Position numbers and translations under genes: made by a program
Assembly (NCBI GenBank): GCA_963719495.1
Contig: CAVRCI010000013.1
Coordinates: 384,001 to 448,000, forward strand
DNA from: an uncultured Verrucomicrobiae bacterium
GTDB taxonomy: Bacteria > Verrucomicrobiota > Verrucomicrobiia > Chthoniobacterales > JAATET01
Reading direction: 5' to 3'
DNA length: 64,000 nt
The notes under the pieces: model-generated
The model's input: the letters and a program-made list of their open reading frames with translations, nothing else
Databases searched by the model: none
What the model was told of the DNA's origin: nothing
Shown: positions 19,253-29,601 of the stretch, piece after piece
Layout of the letters: every line of letters begins with the position of its first letter
How positions within the stretch are numbered: the first letter of the stretch is position 1

Positions 19253-20620
19253 ATGAATGGGGATTTTCAGCAACTTTGGGGTGCCATCTCCATCGTTGTG
19301 GCGCAACGCGTCAGCGAAGATGGATTCACCCGATGGTTCAGTGACGTAGCGGTCACCGCGGACGATGGCGTCACGCTCTCCATCGCGGTCCCCAATCCGA
19401 TCCACAAATTCTTCATCGAGAGCAATTACCTGTCCCTACTTCAGGAAGCCGTGGCCGACGTCGTCGACGGCGACCGCCGGGTCGAGATCGTCGCCCGGCA
19501 GTCCGAGGATTCCGACGCCATGCCGCCCGTCGTCGAAGACGAAACCCCCGCGCCGACCCGCACCCAACGCCCGGTGCGCGCCACCGCCGGCATCATCTCG
19601 CACGGGATGAACCCGCGGAATACCTTCAATAACTTCGTCGTCGGCACGAACAACGACTTCGCCTACGCCGCCGCGCAAGCCGTCGCCCAAGCCCCCGCCA
19701 AGACCTACAACCCGCTCTTCATCTACGGCGGCAGCGGCCTCGGGAAGACCCACCTGCTCCAGGCCATCGGCCACCACGTCCTCGCCGCCCGCAAGAGCGC
19801 GAAGGTTTTTTACATCTCGAGCGAACAGTTCGCCAACGAGTTCATCGACGGTATCCAGCACGGGAGTCTCTTCAAATTCCGGAAGAAATACCGCCAGGCC
19901 GATGTCCTCATGATCGACGACATCCAGTTCCTCGGCGGCAAGGAACGTTCGCAGGAGGAGTTCTTCCACACCTTCAATTCCCTCCACGACGGTCACAAAC
20001 AAATCATCCTCTCGAGCGACCGACCCGCCAGCGAGATCGAAAAACTCGAGCACCGGCTCGTCACCCGCTTCGAATGGGGAATGACCGCCGAGCTGCAGCC
20101 GCCCGAGATGGAGACGCGCATCGCCATTCTCCAGAGCAAGGCCGCGACGCTCAACATCAAGCTCGAGAGCTGGGTCATCGAATTCCTCGCCGACCGCATC
20201 CGCAACAACGTCCGCCGCCTCGAAGGTGCGCTCATGCGGGTCGCGTCCTATTCGTCCCTCAGCGGCCGCCAGCTCGGCCGCGACGACATCGAGAATCTCC
20301 TCCGTGACATCTTCCAGGAGCAGGCCCGCCGCGCCGTCACGATCGACCAGATCCAGCGCAAAGTCGCCGAGACCTTCGACCTCCGCCTCGCGGACATGAC
20401 GTCCAAGCGCCGCCTCGCCAGCATCGCCTTCCCTCGCCAGATCGCCATGTATCTCGCCCGGGAAATGACGACCTCCACCCTCGCCGACATCGGCGATAGC
20501 TTCGGCGGCAAGGACCACGGCACCGTCATCCACGCGGTCAAACTCATCAAAAAGCGGATTGAATCCGACGAGCGCACCCGCCACCAGATTCGCTCCTTGG
20601 AGACCCAACTCTCACGGTAA
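19253..20620 (+). CDS. dnaA: Chromosomal replication initiator DnaA
   Basis: YNPLFIYGGSGLGKTHL, DDIQFL, QEEFFHTFN, RQIAMYL, GGKDHGTV motifs. Confidence 0.98.
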   Translation: MNGDFQQLWGAISIVVAQRVSEDGFTRWFSDVAVTADDGVTLSIAVPNPIHKFFIESNYLSLLQEAVADVVDGDRRVEIVARQSEDSDAMPPVVEDETPAPTRTQRPVRATAGIISHGMNPRNTFNNFVVGTNNDFAYAAAQAVAQAPAKTYNPLFIYGGSGLGKTHLLQAIGHHVLAARKSAKVFYISSEQFANEFIDGIQHGSLFKFRKKYRQADVLMIDDIQFLGGKERSQEEFFHTFNSLHDGHKQIILSSDRPASEIEKLEHRLVTRFEWGMTAELQPPEMETRIAILQSKAATLNIKLESWVIEFLADRIRNNVRRLEGALMRVASYSSLSGRQLGRDDIENLLRDIFQEQARRAVTIDQIQRKVAETFDLRLADMTSKRRLASIAFPRQIAMYLAREMTTSTLADIGDSFGGKDHGTVIHAVKLIKKRIESDERTRHQIRSLETQLSR

Positions 20621-20651
20621 AGCACCCACGGGCCGCCCCGCCCCAAGAATG

Positions 20652-20753
20652 GATGCCGAAGGCATTCGACCCACAGCAGCGCGGGGTTGAGCGAAGCGAC
20701 ACCCCGGGTGAGCAAATCGTGATCCCAAGAGACCCGATCCCGACGGGATCGCA
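20652..20753. repeat. Composite palindromic REP-like element between dnaA and dnaN (a similar type at ~54440-54571)
   Basis: Nested hairpins ATGCCGAAGGCAT, GGGGTTG...CACCCC, GATCCCGACGGGATC. Confidence 0.5.
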
Positions 20754-20870
20754 CCCCCCGGGGCACTCCATTCCAAACAAGCCCGGGAGCCACTTTGTTT
20801 TGACACGCCCGCACCCCCCCGATAAACCCCAACCGAACGCCGCGTCGCGCTGGCGGAAGCCAACCGATTC

Positions 20871-21980
20871 ATGAAGTTCAGCGTCACCAAAGAAAGTCTC
20901 CTCGAGGGTTTGTCCCGCACCCAGAACGTCGTCAGCACCCGCACGACGCTCCCCGTCCTCTCCAACGTTCTCCTCGAGACGACCGAGACCGGAATTCGTC
21001 TTAGCACGACCGACATGGAGGTTGCCCTCCGGTGCGAGATCGACGCCACCGTCGAGAAGCAGGGTGCCACCACACTCCCCGCCCGCCGCCTCCTCACGAT
21101 CATTCGCGAACTCCCCGCCGACGACATTCAGATCGAGACCGATTCAAAAAACATTTCGTCCATCCGCAGCGGCCAGAGTTTTTTTAAAATCTACGGCCTG
21201 GCCCGCGACGAATTCCCCGCCTTTCCCGAGTCGAAGCAGGCCAAGTCCGTCACCATCAAGCAGAGCGTCCTCAAGGACGGCCTCCGCAAGACCTCCTACG
21301 CGATCTCGATGGACGAGACCCGCTATGTCCTCAACGGCATCCTCTTCTCCTTCAAAGAGAGCATGCTCAAGCTCGTCGCCACCGATGGCCGCCGCCTCGC
21401 GATGTTCGAGGAAGCCATCGACGCCGAGATCGACGGCACCCTCGAAGCCGACTTCATCGTTCCGACCAAGGCGATCAACGAACTCCAGCGGCTCCTCGGC
21501 GGCGACGGCGACGTCACCCTCTCGGTCGGCGACAGCCTCGTCTCCTTCGAGCTCAACGGCTCCCTGCTCGTCTCCAAGCTCGTCGACGGCAACTACCCGA
21601 ACTACAAGCAGGTCATCCCAAACACCGAAGACGTCAAAGAGATCATCACCCTCGAGCGCGAACCCTTCGCAACCTGCGTCAAGCGCGTCTCGCTGCTCTC
21701 CAGCGACAAGACCAGCTCGATCCGCCTGAACTTCACCAAGAACAACATCGAGGTCACCTCGAACACCCCGGAAGTCGGCGAAGCCCGGGAATCCATCGCC
21801 GTCGCCTACAAGGGCCGCGACCTCTCGATCGCCTTCAATCCGGAATACCTCATGGATCCGCTCAAGGCTCTGCCAAACGACGAGATCAAGCTCCGCCTCA
21901 TCGACGAAATGAGCCCCGGCGTGATCGAGCTCAACGGCGGCTTCCTCTACGTCATCATGCCCATGCGCGTCAGCGCGTAA
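20871..21980 (+). CDS. dnaN: DNA polymerase III beta sliding clamp
   Basis: PVLSNVLL, DETRYVLNGI, VATDGRRL, IAFNPEYL, YVIMPMR motifs. Confidence 0.98.
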   Translation: MKFSVTKESLLEGLSRTQNVVSTRTTLPVLSNVLLETTETGIRLSTTDMEVALRCEIDATVEKQGATTLPARRLLTIIRELPADDIQIETDSKNISSIRSGQSFFKIYGLARDEFPAFPESKQAKSVTIKQSVLKDGLRKTSYAISMDETRYVLNGILFSFKESMLKLVATDGRRLAMFEEAIDAEIDGTLEADFIVPTKAINELQRLLGGDGDVTLSVGDSLVSFELNGSLLVSKLVDGNYPNYKQVIPNTEDVKEIITLEREPFATCVKRVSLLSSDKTSSIRLNFTKNNIEVTSNTPEVGEARESIAVAYKGRDLSIAFNPEYLMDPLKALPNDEIKLRLIDEMSPGVIELNGGFLYVIMPMRVSA

Positions 21981-22342
21981 GGTTTCCGAAACGCAGGCGC
22001 AAGTTGGATGCAACCGCCACCGGCGGACATCCATCCCCCCGCAGATTGTCACGTTGAGCGAAGCGAGACATCCTTGCTGACAAGGCCGCACGATCAACCT
22101 GACCGTGGCTGTAGCGGCGGTCTATGACCGCCGGTGGCCTGGCAAGAGGGGAAGATTGAATTGTCGCGGAAATCAGCGGCGGTCACAGACTCGCCGCTTC
22201 AATCGGCAGAAGTCCGCCGATCTTCGAGATTTGGGATGACTTTCCCTCCGGGACGCCCGTCTCCATCGAATAGACGACGACTCTTCGCTTCGCTGCCAAT
22301 GACACCCGTCTCCCTGGCGCGGAATCCAAACGTGAAGGCCAC

Positions 22343-22366
22343 GGCTCGGCGGGAGCCTCGCCCTCC
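22343..22366 (-). repeat. REP-like family GGAGGGCGAGGCTCCCGCCGAGCC (plus-strand copies at 40652-40675 and 43577-43600)
   Basis: Three near-identical intergenic copies. Confidence 0.8.
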
Positions 22367-22442
22367 GGATGCCCGACGCAGTCCGCCGTCGCCGTCCGAA
22401 GGCCCTCCGCGCCCCCGCCCCTCGTCCTGAATACGTCCAACT

Positions 22443-25442
22443 CTACCCGGTCCGTCCGCAGCAATTCTTGAACTTCTTCCCGCTCCCGCACGGGCACGGA
22501 TCATTACGACCCACGCGAGGCTGCTCACGCTTGGGCGGCGCGAGATCAAGCTTCGGACGCTCCGCCTCCTGCGCTTCGTCCTCGTCCTGATTCGCTTGCT
22601 CGGCCGCGGAACCCCCCAAGGTCAGATCGCCGGACAGCATCCCGTGACGCAGGCTCTGCGGCAGCGTCGACAGCAGCTTCTCGAAGGCCTGCAGGTTCGT
22701 CGTGCTGCGGAAGAGGTTGTTGAGAACCTCGCCGCGGATGTTGTCCATGAGGTCGACAAACATCGCGTAGCCGTCGTTCTTGTATTCGACGAGAGGATCC
22801 TTCTGGCCGAAGGCGCGCAACGACACGGCCTCGCGCAAACCGTCCATCGCGTAGAGGTGCTCCTGCCACAAACGGTCGATCGCGTTGAGGATGATGTAAC
22901 GCTCCAAGCCCTTGAGGGCCGCTGGCTCTTCGATGGCGGCTTTCTGCTCGTAGGCGTTTTTGATGGTCTCGATCAGATACTTCGAATTCTCGTCTAGGCT
23001 TCGACCGTCCAGGCTCGCCTTGTCGGCGGAGAGACCCAGCGGGAATGTCGTGTTCAGCCAGTTGAGCAATCCGGCGTAGTCCGCCTCGGTCTCGGCCTCG
23101 CGCACCTCCAAGTGCTCGGCGACCTTCTTCGGCACCACCTCGTCGACGACCTCGTAGATCATCGAGCGCGGATCCTCGGTGTCCATCACCTCGTTGCGGT
23201 AACCGTAAACGACTTCGCGCTGCTGATTCATCACGTCGTCGAACTCGAGGGTCCGACGGCGAACCATGTAGTTCCGCTGCTCGACCCGCTTCTGGGCCGT
23301 CTCGACGCTCTTGTTGAGCCACGGGTGCTCGAGCTCCTCGCCTTCCTTCATTCCGAAGGTCTCCATGATCTTCGTCATGCGATCACTCGCGCCAAAGTTG
23401 CGCATCAGATCGTCCTCGAAGCTGACGTAAAACTTGGACAACCCCGGGTCGCCCTGGCGCGCGCAACGTCCGCGCAGCTGCCGATCGATCCGCCGCGACT
23501 CGTGCCGCTCGGTGCCGATCACGTAGAGCCCGCCCGAGCCGATGACGCCGTCGCCGAGTTTGATGTCGGTGCCGCGGCCGGCCATGTTCGTCGAGATCGT
23601 GACCGATCCCGGGAGGCCGGCACGCTGGACGATCTCGGCTTCCTGAAGGTGGAACTTCGCGTTGAGAACCGTGTGCGGAATCTTCTCACGCTTGAGCATT
23701 CGGCTCATCAGCTCGGAGGATTCGACGCTGGCCGTGCCGACGAGCACGGGCTGCGCGCGGGCGTGGGCGACTTTGATCTCTTCGATGACGGCGTTGTATT
23801 TCTCGCGCCGCGTTTTGAAGATGATGTCGTTGCTGTCCTTGCGGGCCACCGGGCGGTTCGTCGGAATGACGTTCACGTCGAGGCCGTAGATGTCGCTGAA
23901 CTCGTTGGCCTCGGTCTCGGCGGTTCCGGTCATGCCTGCGAGTTTGTCGTAGAGCCGGAAGTAATTCTGGATCGTGATCGTCGCCAGCGTCTGGGTCTCG
24001 CGATCGATCTGGACGCCTTCCTTGGCCTCGACGGCTTGGTGGAGTCCGTCGCTCCAGCGGCGGCCGGACATTTTACGGCCCGTGAAGGTGTCGACGATGA
24101 TGACTTTGTTCTCCTCGACGACGTATTCGACGTCTTTCTCGTAGAGGCAGTAGGCCTTGAGCAGCTGCGTGATATTGTGGATCCGCTCGCTCTGCGCGTC
24201 GCAGAAGGCCTGACGCTTCGCCTTCTCCTCGGCCTTCTGCGCGTCGGTGTAGGCAGCGTTTGTCTCGATGTCGGCAAACTCGGTCAGCAGATCCGGCAGC
24301 ACGAAGGCGTCCGGATCGTCGGGATTGAGGAACGAGCGGCCCTGCTCGGTGAGATCCGCGTCGTGCTGACGCTCGTCGACCGTGAAGAAGAGTTCCTCCT
24401 TCAGCTCGATCAGCTGCTCCTTGGTCGAGTTGTCCTGGAAAAAATACAACTCCGCCTTGTCCATCATTCGGCGGACATCCGGGTCCTCCATCGCGCGATT
24501 GAGCGGCTTGTTGCGCGGTTGGCCGAATTTGACCTTGAGCAGCTGCCGCGCACCGGCCTCCTTGTCCTCCTTCGTCCCCTTCGCGATCAATTCGCGACCC
24601 TCCGTGACCAGACGGCTGCAGAGCTGGGCCTGCCGTTTGACCAACTGATCGACCAACGGCTTGAACCGGTCGTATTGGTGCGTCGAAACGGTCGCGGGTC
24701 CGCTGATGATGAGCGGCGTGCGAGCCTCGTCGATCAGGATGGAGTCGACCTCATCGACGATGGCGTAGTAGTGGCGCCGCTGCACCTGCTGCTCGCGCGA
24801 GGAGGCCATGCCGTTGTCGCGCAGGTAGTCGAAGCCGAACTGCGCGTTCGTTCCGTAGGTGATGTCGGCGTTGTATTGCTCGCGGCGCTTCGTCGGGTCC
24901 TGGTCCTCCTGGATGCAACCGACGGTGAGGCCGAGGAAGGTGTAGAGCTGCGCCATCCACTCGGAGTCGCGGAGGGCGAGGTAGTCATTGACCGTGACAA
25001 CGTGAACGCCGCGTCCGGAGAGAGCGTTCAAATAGACGGGCGCGGTCGCGACCAACGTCTTGCCTTCGCCCGTCGCCATCTCGGCGATCCGACCGCGATG
25101 GAGCACCATCCCGCCGACGAGCTGCACGTCGAATTGCACCATGTTCCACGTGATCGGCTGACCGCAGGCGACAAACTGCCGACCGCACAAACGGCGCGCG
25201 CCATTTTTCACCACCGCGAAGGCCTCGGGCAGAATCTCGTCGAGGCGCCGCTGGAGTTCGTCGTTGTCCTCGATCCGGGAGAGTTCCGCTTTCCAATTCG
25301 CCGTCTTCTGGCGCAGGCCGTCGTCGGAGAGGGACTGATATTCGACTTCGAGTTCGTTGATTCGCTCGACGAGCGGGCGCATCGACTTGAGCTCCCGGGT
25401 GTTCTTAGAGCCGACGATCGCTTTGATGATCCAATTTAACAT
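22443..25442 (-). CDS. secA: Preprotein translocase subunit SecA
   Basis: MATGEGKT, DEVDSILIDEARTPLIISG, TNMAGRGTDI, C-terminal GRNDPCPCGSGKKFKNCC. Confidence 0.98.
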   Translation of the reverse strand: MLNWIIKAIVGSKNTRELKSMRPLVERINELEVEYQSLSDDGLRQKTANWKAELSRIEDNDELQRRLDEILPEAFAVVKNGARRLCGRQFVACGQPITWNMVQFDVQLVGGMVLHRGRIAEMATGEGKTLVATAPVYLNALSGRGVHVVTVNDYLALRDSEWMAQLYTFLGLTVGCIQEDQDPTKRREQYNADITYGTNAQFGFDYLRDNGMASSREQQVQRRHYYAIVDEVDSILIDEARTPLIISGPATVSTHQYDRFKPLVDQLVKRQAQLCSRLVTEGRELIAKGTKEDKEAGARQLLKVKFGQPRNKPLNRAMEDPDVRRMMDKAELYFFQDNSTKEQLIELKEELFFTVDERQHDADLTEQGRSFLNPDDPDAFVLPDLLTEFADIETNAAYTDAQKAEEKAKRQAFCDAQSERIHNITQLLKAYCLYEKDVEYVVEENKVIIVDTFTGRKMSGRRWSDGLHQAVEAKEGVQIDRETQTLATITIQNYFRLYDKLAGMTGTAETEANEFSDIYGLDVNVIPTNRPVARKDSNDIIFKTRREKYNAVIEEIKVAHARAQPVLVGTASVESSELMSRMLKREKIPHTVLNAKFHLQEAEIVQRAGLPGSVTISTNMAGRGTDIKLGDGVIGSGGLYVIGTERHESRRIDRQLRGRCARQGDPGLSKFYVSFEDDLMRNFGASDRMTKIMETFGMKEGEELEHPWLNKSVETAQKRVEQRNYMVRRRTLEFDDVMNQQREVVYGYRNEVMDTEDPRSMIYEVVDEVVPKKVAEHLEVREAETEADYAGLLNWLNTTFPLGLSADKASLDGRSLDENSKYLIETIKNAYEQKAAIEEPAALKGLERYIILNAIDRLWQEHLYAMDGLREAVSLRAFGQKDPLVEYKNDGYAMFVDLMDNIRGEVLNNLFRSTTNLQAFEKLLSTLPQSLRHGMLSGDLTLGGSAAEQANQDEDEAQEAERPKLDLAPPKREQPRVGRNDPCPCGSGKKFKNCCGRTG

Positions 25443-25563
25443 GCCAATGGGTGCCCGGCCTCATGCCCGGGAGAGGAAGAATCAAAGACGGAATCCCCCG
25501 ATTGTAAATGGCAAAACCCCCCGCCGCCACGGGCTCACCCTCCGCCACGCGGGCCGCCCGCCA

Positions 25564-26139
25564 TCAGTGGGAACCACGCTGGATCATCGGACGCGAAACC
25601 CCCGTCAGCACCGCCTCGGCATCGACTTCCACCTCGCGCTCGCTCCCGAGGATCTCCAGTAGGATGCTGACCCGCTGCCGCGCCGGCATGATCCGCGTCA
25701 CCACCGTCTGAATCCCGGCGTAGGGCCCGGACACGATCTTCACCTCGTCTCCCGGCTGGACCGAATCGGGGATCATGATGATCTCCTCGCTTGTCGGCAT
25801 GCTGTCCCGCACGGCTTGGATCACCTCCTTTGGCACAACCGCGGGGTAGCCGCCGAACCCGAGGATCTTCGTCACCCCGCGCGTCGACTGCACGTGCCGC
25901 ATCTGCTCGACGTAATCGAATTTTGCAAAGACGTATCCTGGGAACAGCGCCTCCGTTACCCACATCGTCCCCTTCCCGCGCGCCCGCTTGAACCGCACGA
26001 ACGGACTGAAAACTTCCACCCCCACATCGCTGCGCAGCGTTTGCGCGGAGATTTTTTCCTGCTTCGGCCGCGTGCGGACGCAGAACCAAGCGGGCTCTTC
26101 CGGCAACGGCGGCGGTGAGGTCGGGGCGAAAGCGGACAT
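25564..26139 (-). CDS. NusG-paralogue transcription antiterminator (RfaH/UpxY-like)
   Basis: WFCVRTRPKQE, LFPGYVF, STRGV, KOW motif GDEVKIVSGPYAG. Confidence 0.88.
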   Translation of the reverse strand: MSAFAPTSPPPLPEEPAWFCVRTRPKQEKISAQTLRSDVGVEVFSPFVRFKRARGKGTMWVTEALFPGYVFAKFDYVEQMRHVQSTRGVTKILGFGGYPAVVPKEVIQAVRDSMPTSEEIIMIPDSVQPGDEVKIVSGPYAGIQTVVTRIMPARQRVSILLEILGSEREVEVDAEAVLTGVSRPMIQRGSH

Positions 26140-26196
26140 CAGCCGATCACCCTGCCGAACTCCCACCATCCGGTCGAACGAAAATCCCTCGCCCCC

Positions 26197-26583
26197 TCAC
26201 CAAATCCGTCGCAACCCGTAGCGATCGAACATCGGATCCCGACTGATCACGCGCAGCCCGCGCTCGAGCGCCTGCACCGCCATCATTCGGTCGAACGGAT
26301 CGCCGTGGATTCGCTCGAGATCCCGCACGGCGAGGGCGTCGGTCTGAGCAATTCCAAGAGTCTCGAACCCATTCTGATCCAGCAAATCAGGCAGCTCGGT
26401 CCTCAGATCGTAGGGCAGCTTCAGCTTCCCAAGACTAACCTTGATCGCCGCCTCCCAGATGCTGGCCACGCTCACAACGCATTCCTCCGACCGCTCCACC
26501 ATCAAGCGCTTCGCCTCCTTTCCGAAACGCGGGTCCCCTTCGAGAAATCCAATCCACGCGTTAGTATCGACGAGGTAAGTCAC
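26197..26583 (-). CDS. vapC: Type II TA toxin, VapC/PIN domain
   Basis: YLVDTN, SVASIWE, HGDPFDRMM motifs. Confidence 0.9.
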   Translation of the reverse strand: MTYLVDTNAWIGFLEGDPRFGKEAKRLMVERSEECVVSVASIWEAAIKVSLGKLKLPYDLRTELPDLLDQNGFETLGIAQTDALAVRDLERIHGDPFDRMMAVQALERGLRVISRDPMFDRYGLRRIW

Positions 26584-26843
26584 ATGTAATCTTTGAAATC
26601 TTCGAGCGGCGCGTCGAAATCCTCAGCCATGTAAAACCCAGGACCCTTGGCGCATCCAAACTTGGCCCGCTTCCGTTCGACAACGACCGGCGACAGCTTC
26701 GCGACCTTCCTCCCGTGCTTCGTAATGTAAACCGTCTCCCCCGCCGCAACCTCGTCCAACAGCCTGGAAAGATGCGTCTTCGCGGCAAACGCCCCGACTT
26801 CGCGCTCAGGCATCTCGTTGATCACGTCGCTCGATCCGTTCAT
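26580..26843 (-). CDS. Type II TA antitoxin, Phd/YefM family
   Basis: AKTHLSRLLDEV, ITKHGRKVAKL; 4-nt overlap with the toxin; start may be at the second Met. Confidence 0.9.
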   Translation of the reverse strand: MNGSSDVINEMPEREVGAFAAKTHLSRLLDEVAAGETVYITKHGRKVAKLSPVVVERKRAKFGCAKGPGFYMAEDFDAPLEDFKDYM

Positions 26844-26964
26844 ACGATTAAACTAGTCTAACCAGAACCGAATCCGCAACCGACTTTCCCATATCTCGAA
26901 AACGTAACACTTGACGACTCGGCAGACTGGTATTCGTCAACTAATCGCAAACCCATCACGCATC

Positions 26965-27738
26965 ATGGCTGAATATCGAACCGGTTGGATCTCCGACGTG
27001 CACCTCGGCACCCGAGGCTGCCAGGCCGAAGCGCTCCTCGAATTCCTGCGCGACAACGAATTCGAGACCCTCTACCTCGTCGGCGACCTCATCGACATCT
27101 GGGCGCTCCGCCGCGCCCGCTATTGGCCGCAGGAGCACAGCGACGTCATCCAAAAGCTTCTCCGCAAAGGCCGCAAGGGCGCCGAAGTCATCTACATCAT
27201 CGGCAACCACGACGAATTCCTCGGCGGCTTCCTCGGGAATTTTGCCAGCGTCGATCTCCGCAAGAACGCGATCCACACCACCGCCGACGGCCGCCGCATC
27301 CTCGTCATCCACGGGCACGAACTCGACACCGTCGTCCAGAACATGGGCTGGCTCGCGCACGTCGGCGACGTCGGCTACCACGCCCTCATGCGGATCAACG
27401 TCGTCGTGAATTTCGTCCGTCGCCGCTTCGGCCTCGGCTACTGGTCGCTCAGCAAATACGTCAAAGCCGAAGTCAAAAATGTCGTGAGTTTCATCGGCGA
27501 CTACGAGGACTCCGTCGTCCGCTACGCCGCCGACTACGAAGTCGACGCCGTCCTCTGCGGCCACATCCACACCGCCGCCATCAACGAAGACCAGCCCGTC
27601 CCCTACTACAACACCGGCGACTGGGTCGAAAACTGCACCGCCATCGTCGAGCACCACGACGGCCGAATGGAACTCCTCCACCACGACACCGGAGCAGCTG
27701 CAACAACAGCGGCAACCCCCGAACCAGCCACCGCGTAA
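26965..27738 (+). CDS. UDP-2,3-diacylglucosamine diphosphatase-like metallophosphoesterase
   Basis: SDVHLG, GDLID, GNHD, HG, CGHIH, NTGDWVE motifs. Confidence 0.85.
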   Translation: MAEYRTGWISDVHLGTRGCQAEALLEFLRDNEFETLYLVGDLIDIWALRRARYWPQEHSDVIQKLLRKGRKGAEVIYIIGNHDEFLGGFLGNFASVDLRKNAIHTTADGRRILVIHGHELDTVVQNMGWLAHVGDVGYHALMRINVVVNFVRRRFGLGYWSLSKYVKAEVKNVVSFIGDYEDSVVRYAADYEVDAVLCGHIHTAAINEDQPVPYYNTGDWVENCTAIVEHHDGRMELLHHDTGAAATTAATPEPATA

Positions 27739-27937
27739 TTCAGGACAAGTCAAGGAGCGGCGGCTCCCAGCCGCCGGAGCTGGGGAGCGCACGCGTCCCC
27801 GCGTGCGAGCAGCGGCGTCCCGCCGCTGCACTCCGGCAATTCGAGCGAAGCGAGAGAGCCGAACTCAAGGAGCGGCCATTTGCAATCGCCGACCCAACCC
27901 AATCCGGCGCAGCCGGAAGCTCCCCCCCGCCCGCACC

Positions 27938-28471
27938 TCACCGAGTCTTCACCCGCCCATCCGCGTAAAGCCGGTTCATGTGCTCCCCCGGAGCCCGCTC
28001 GAAATCCAGCGCCAGACTGATCCGCGAAGGCGGCGGGACGAATTGCCCGTGGTGCGTGTAGATCTTCACGCCACCATCGATCTCATCGTCGACGATCGGC
28101 TTCCAATCGTAGCTCGACCCCTCTTTCGCGAACCAATTATGATCCGCCACGTCCGACGGACACCGCAGCGCCGCCGCCGTCAGGCCGTAGGGTTCCAGCG
28201 TCTCCAACAATGGCTTCACGTCCGGATCGTCCGGATAGATCGGGCCGCTGTTCGGCCGCGATTCGATGGTCGGATACCGGTTGTCGTTATCGACCACGTA
28301 ATTCTTCACCGCGATCCCGAGCGATCGCAGGTTCGCCACGCAAGCCGTCGTCCGTGCCTTCGCCAACGATTTCCCGATCACGGGAGTCAGCAGCGTCGCC
28401 AGCATCGCGATGATCGAGATCGTCACCAGAAGTTCGATGAGCGTGAATCCCCGCCGGGTCGGGACTTGCAT
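27938..28471 (-). CDS. Prepilin-type N-terminal cleavage/methylation protein (PVC type, C-terminal H..N....DG motif)
   Basis: G|FTLIELLV, C..NLR, HMNRLYADGRV. Confidence 0.85.
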   Translation of the reverse strand: MQVPTRRGFTLIELLVTISIIAMLATLLTPVIGKSLAKARTTACVANLRSLGIAVKNYVVDNDNRYPTIESRPNSGPIYPDDPDVKPLLETLEPYGLTAAALRCPSDVADHNWFAKEGSSYDWKPIVDDEIDGGVKIYTHHGQFVPPPSRISLALDFERAPGEHMNRLYADGRVKTR

Positions 28472-29544
28472 CAGCTTTCGGGAGAATTTTTAGCCGCCGC
28501 CTTGCGATCCACGTAGCGCCGGTAGCGATCCGCTCGTTTCTCCGGCCCCTGCTTTTCATCGCGGCGCGCCCGCCGTTCCTCCATCCGATCCTGCACCTTC
28601 GGGTCGCTGAAATACGCCTCCATCGCCGCGCGCCGCTCCTCCTGAGGCAAATCCCGAACCCGCCGGAAGAGATCCCGCGCCGACTCGTAAGCCTCCTTCG
28701 CCTCCGCCTGCTCCGCCGTCGGCAGCATCGCGATTTGCGCCCGCGCCCGCTCCTCGGCCCACTTCGGATTCACCTCCCGGCGCTCGCGACGCTCGGGACG
28801 ATCACCCCCCTGCCGCGACGCCTGCTGGCCACCATTCCCTTCGCCCCCGCGATTCTGATTGTCCGAGCCCGCCTGCTGACCGTCGCCACCGCCCCGGCCC
28901 CAATCCCGCCGCGACTCCGCCAGCACGAAAACTTCCTCGACCCGGCCGCCGCTCGACTTCACGAGCTTCACGATCGCGCCGCCCGCCTCGCCGCTCGCCG
29001 GCGTCCGTGCGACCGCCGGATTCCAGGCCACCGGCACGACCGTCGTCACACCCGTCTTCTGAGCCGCCTGGTCCAGGTAGCTCGCCATCACGGCCTCATC
29101 CGAAGCCGAGACCGACCACGCGATTTCCCGCGGGTCCGGCACCATCTCGGAATCCACCCCCATGCCCCACGTCGGGTAATTGAAGACGGTGAACTCCTCA
29201 TTCCGGCCGCCCGCCATCAAAGCGTCCACGCCACCCCGCACCTCCTCCTTCGTGCTCCCCGCCACGTAGGCCACCGACCACCGAGCGTCGATCCGAGCCG
29301 CGAGATAGTCGATCGCCTCCGCCGCCGGCACCTCGTGGACCGCCATGGTCACCGACGTCTCCGGATCGACGTTCGACGAAATCGTCACCCCACCCTGCCG
29401 CTCGATCGACCGGATCACCTTCGCCAGCGTCGCGCCGTCGACGTCCACCGTGACGAGTCCCCAACCCGCGATCCACTTCCAGACCAGCACCGCCGCGACC
29501 GCCACCGCGACCCCCAACAAGATTTTCAATCGACTCGAATTCAT
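28471..29544 (-). CDS. Hypothetical membrane-anchored protein with charged helical C-terminus
   Basis: N-terminal TM helix; translationally coupled to the prepilin gene. Confidence 0.65.
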   Translation of the reverse strand: MNSSRLKILLGVAVAVAAVLVWKWIAGWGLVTVDVDGATLAKVIRSIERQGGVTISSNVDPETSVTMAVHEVPAAEAIDYLAARIDARWSVAYVAGSTKEEVRGGVDALMAGGRNEEFTVFNYPTWGMGVDSEMVPDPREIAWSVSASDEAVMASYLDQAAQKTGVTTVVPVAWNPAVARTPASGEAGGAIVKLVKSSGGRVEEVFVLAESRRDWGRGGGDGQQAGSDNQNRGGEGNGGQQASRQGGDRPERRERREVNPKWAEERARAQIAMLPTAEQAEAKEAYESARDLFRRVRDLPQEERRAAMEAYFSDPKVQDRMEERRARRDEKQGPEKRADRYRRYVDRKAAAKNSPES

Positions 29545-29601
29545 AACCGCTTCAACCGGGACTCATCGCAGAAGTTGCACCAATTCGCGCAAAAATCTTC
29601 A

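Noticed and set aside
25142..25157. parS-like TGTTCCACGTGATCGG
   Set aside because: Only one half matches the parS palindrome and it lies inside secA; no full parS site was seen.
23112..25439. Long antisense/shadow ORFs (775 aa here; also 2981-4663, 9663-11075, 15442-16890, 59599-61743)
   Set aside because: They mirror well-supported genes on the opposite strand and are expected from stop-codon scarcity in high-GC DNA.
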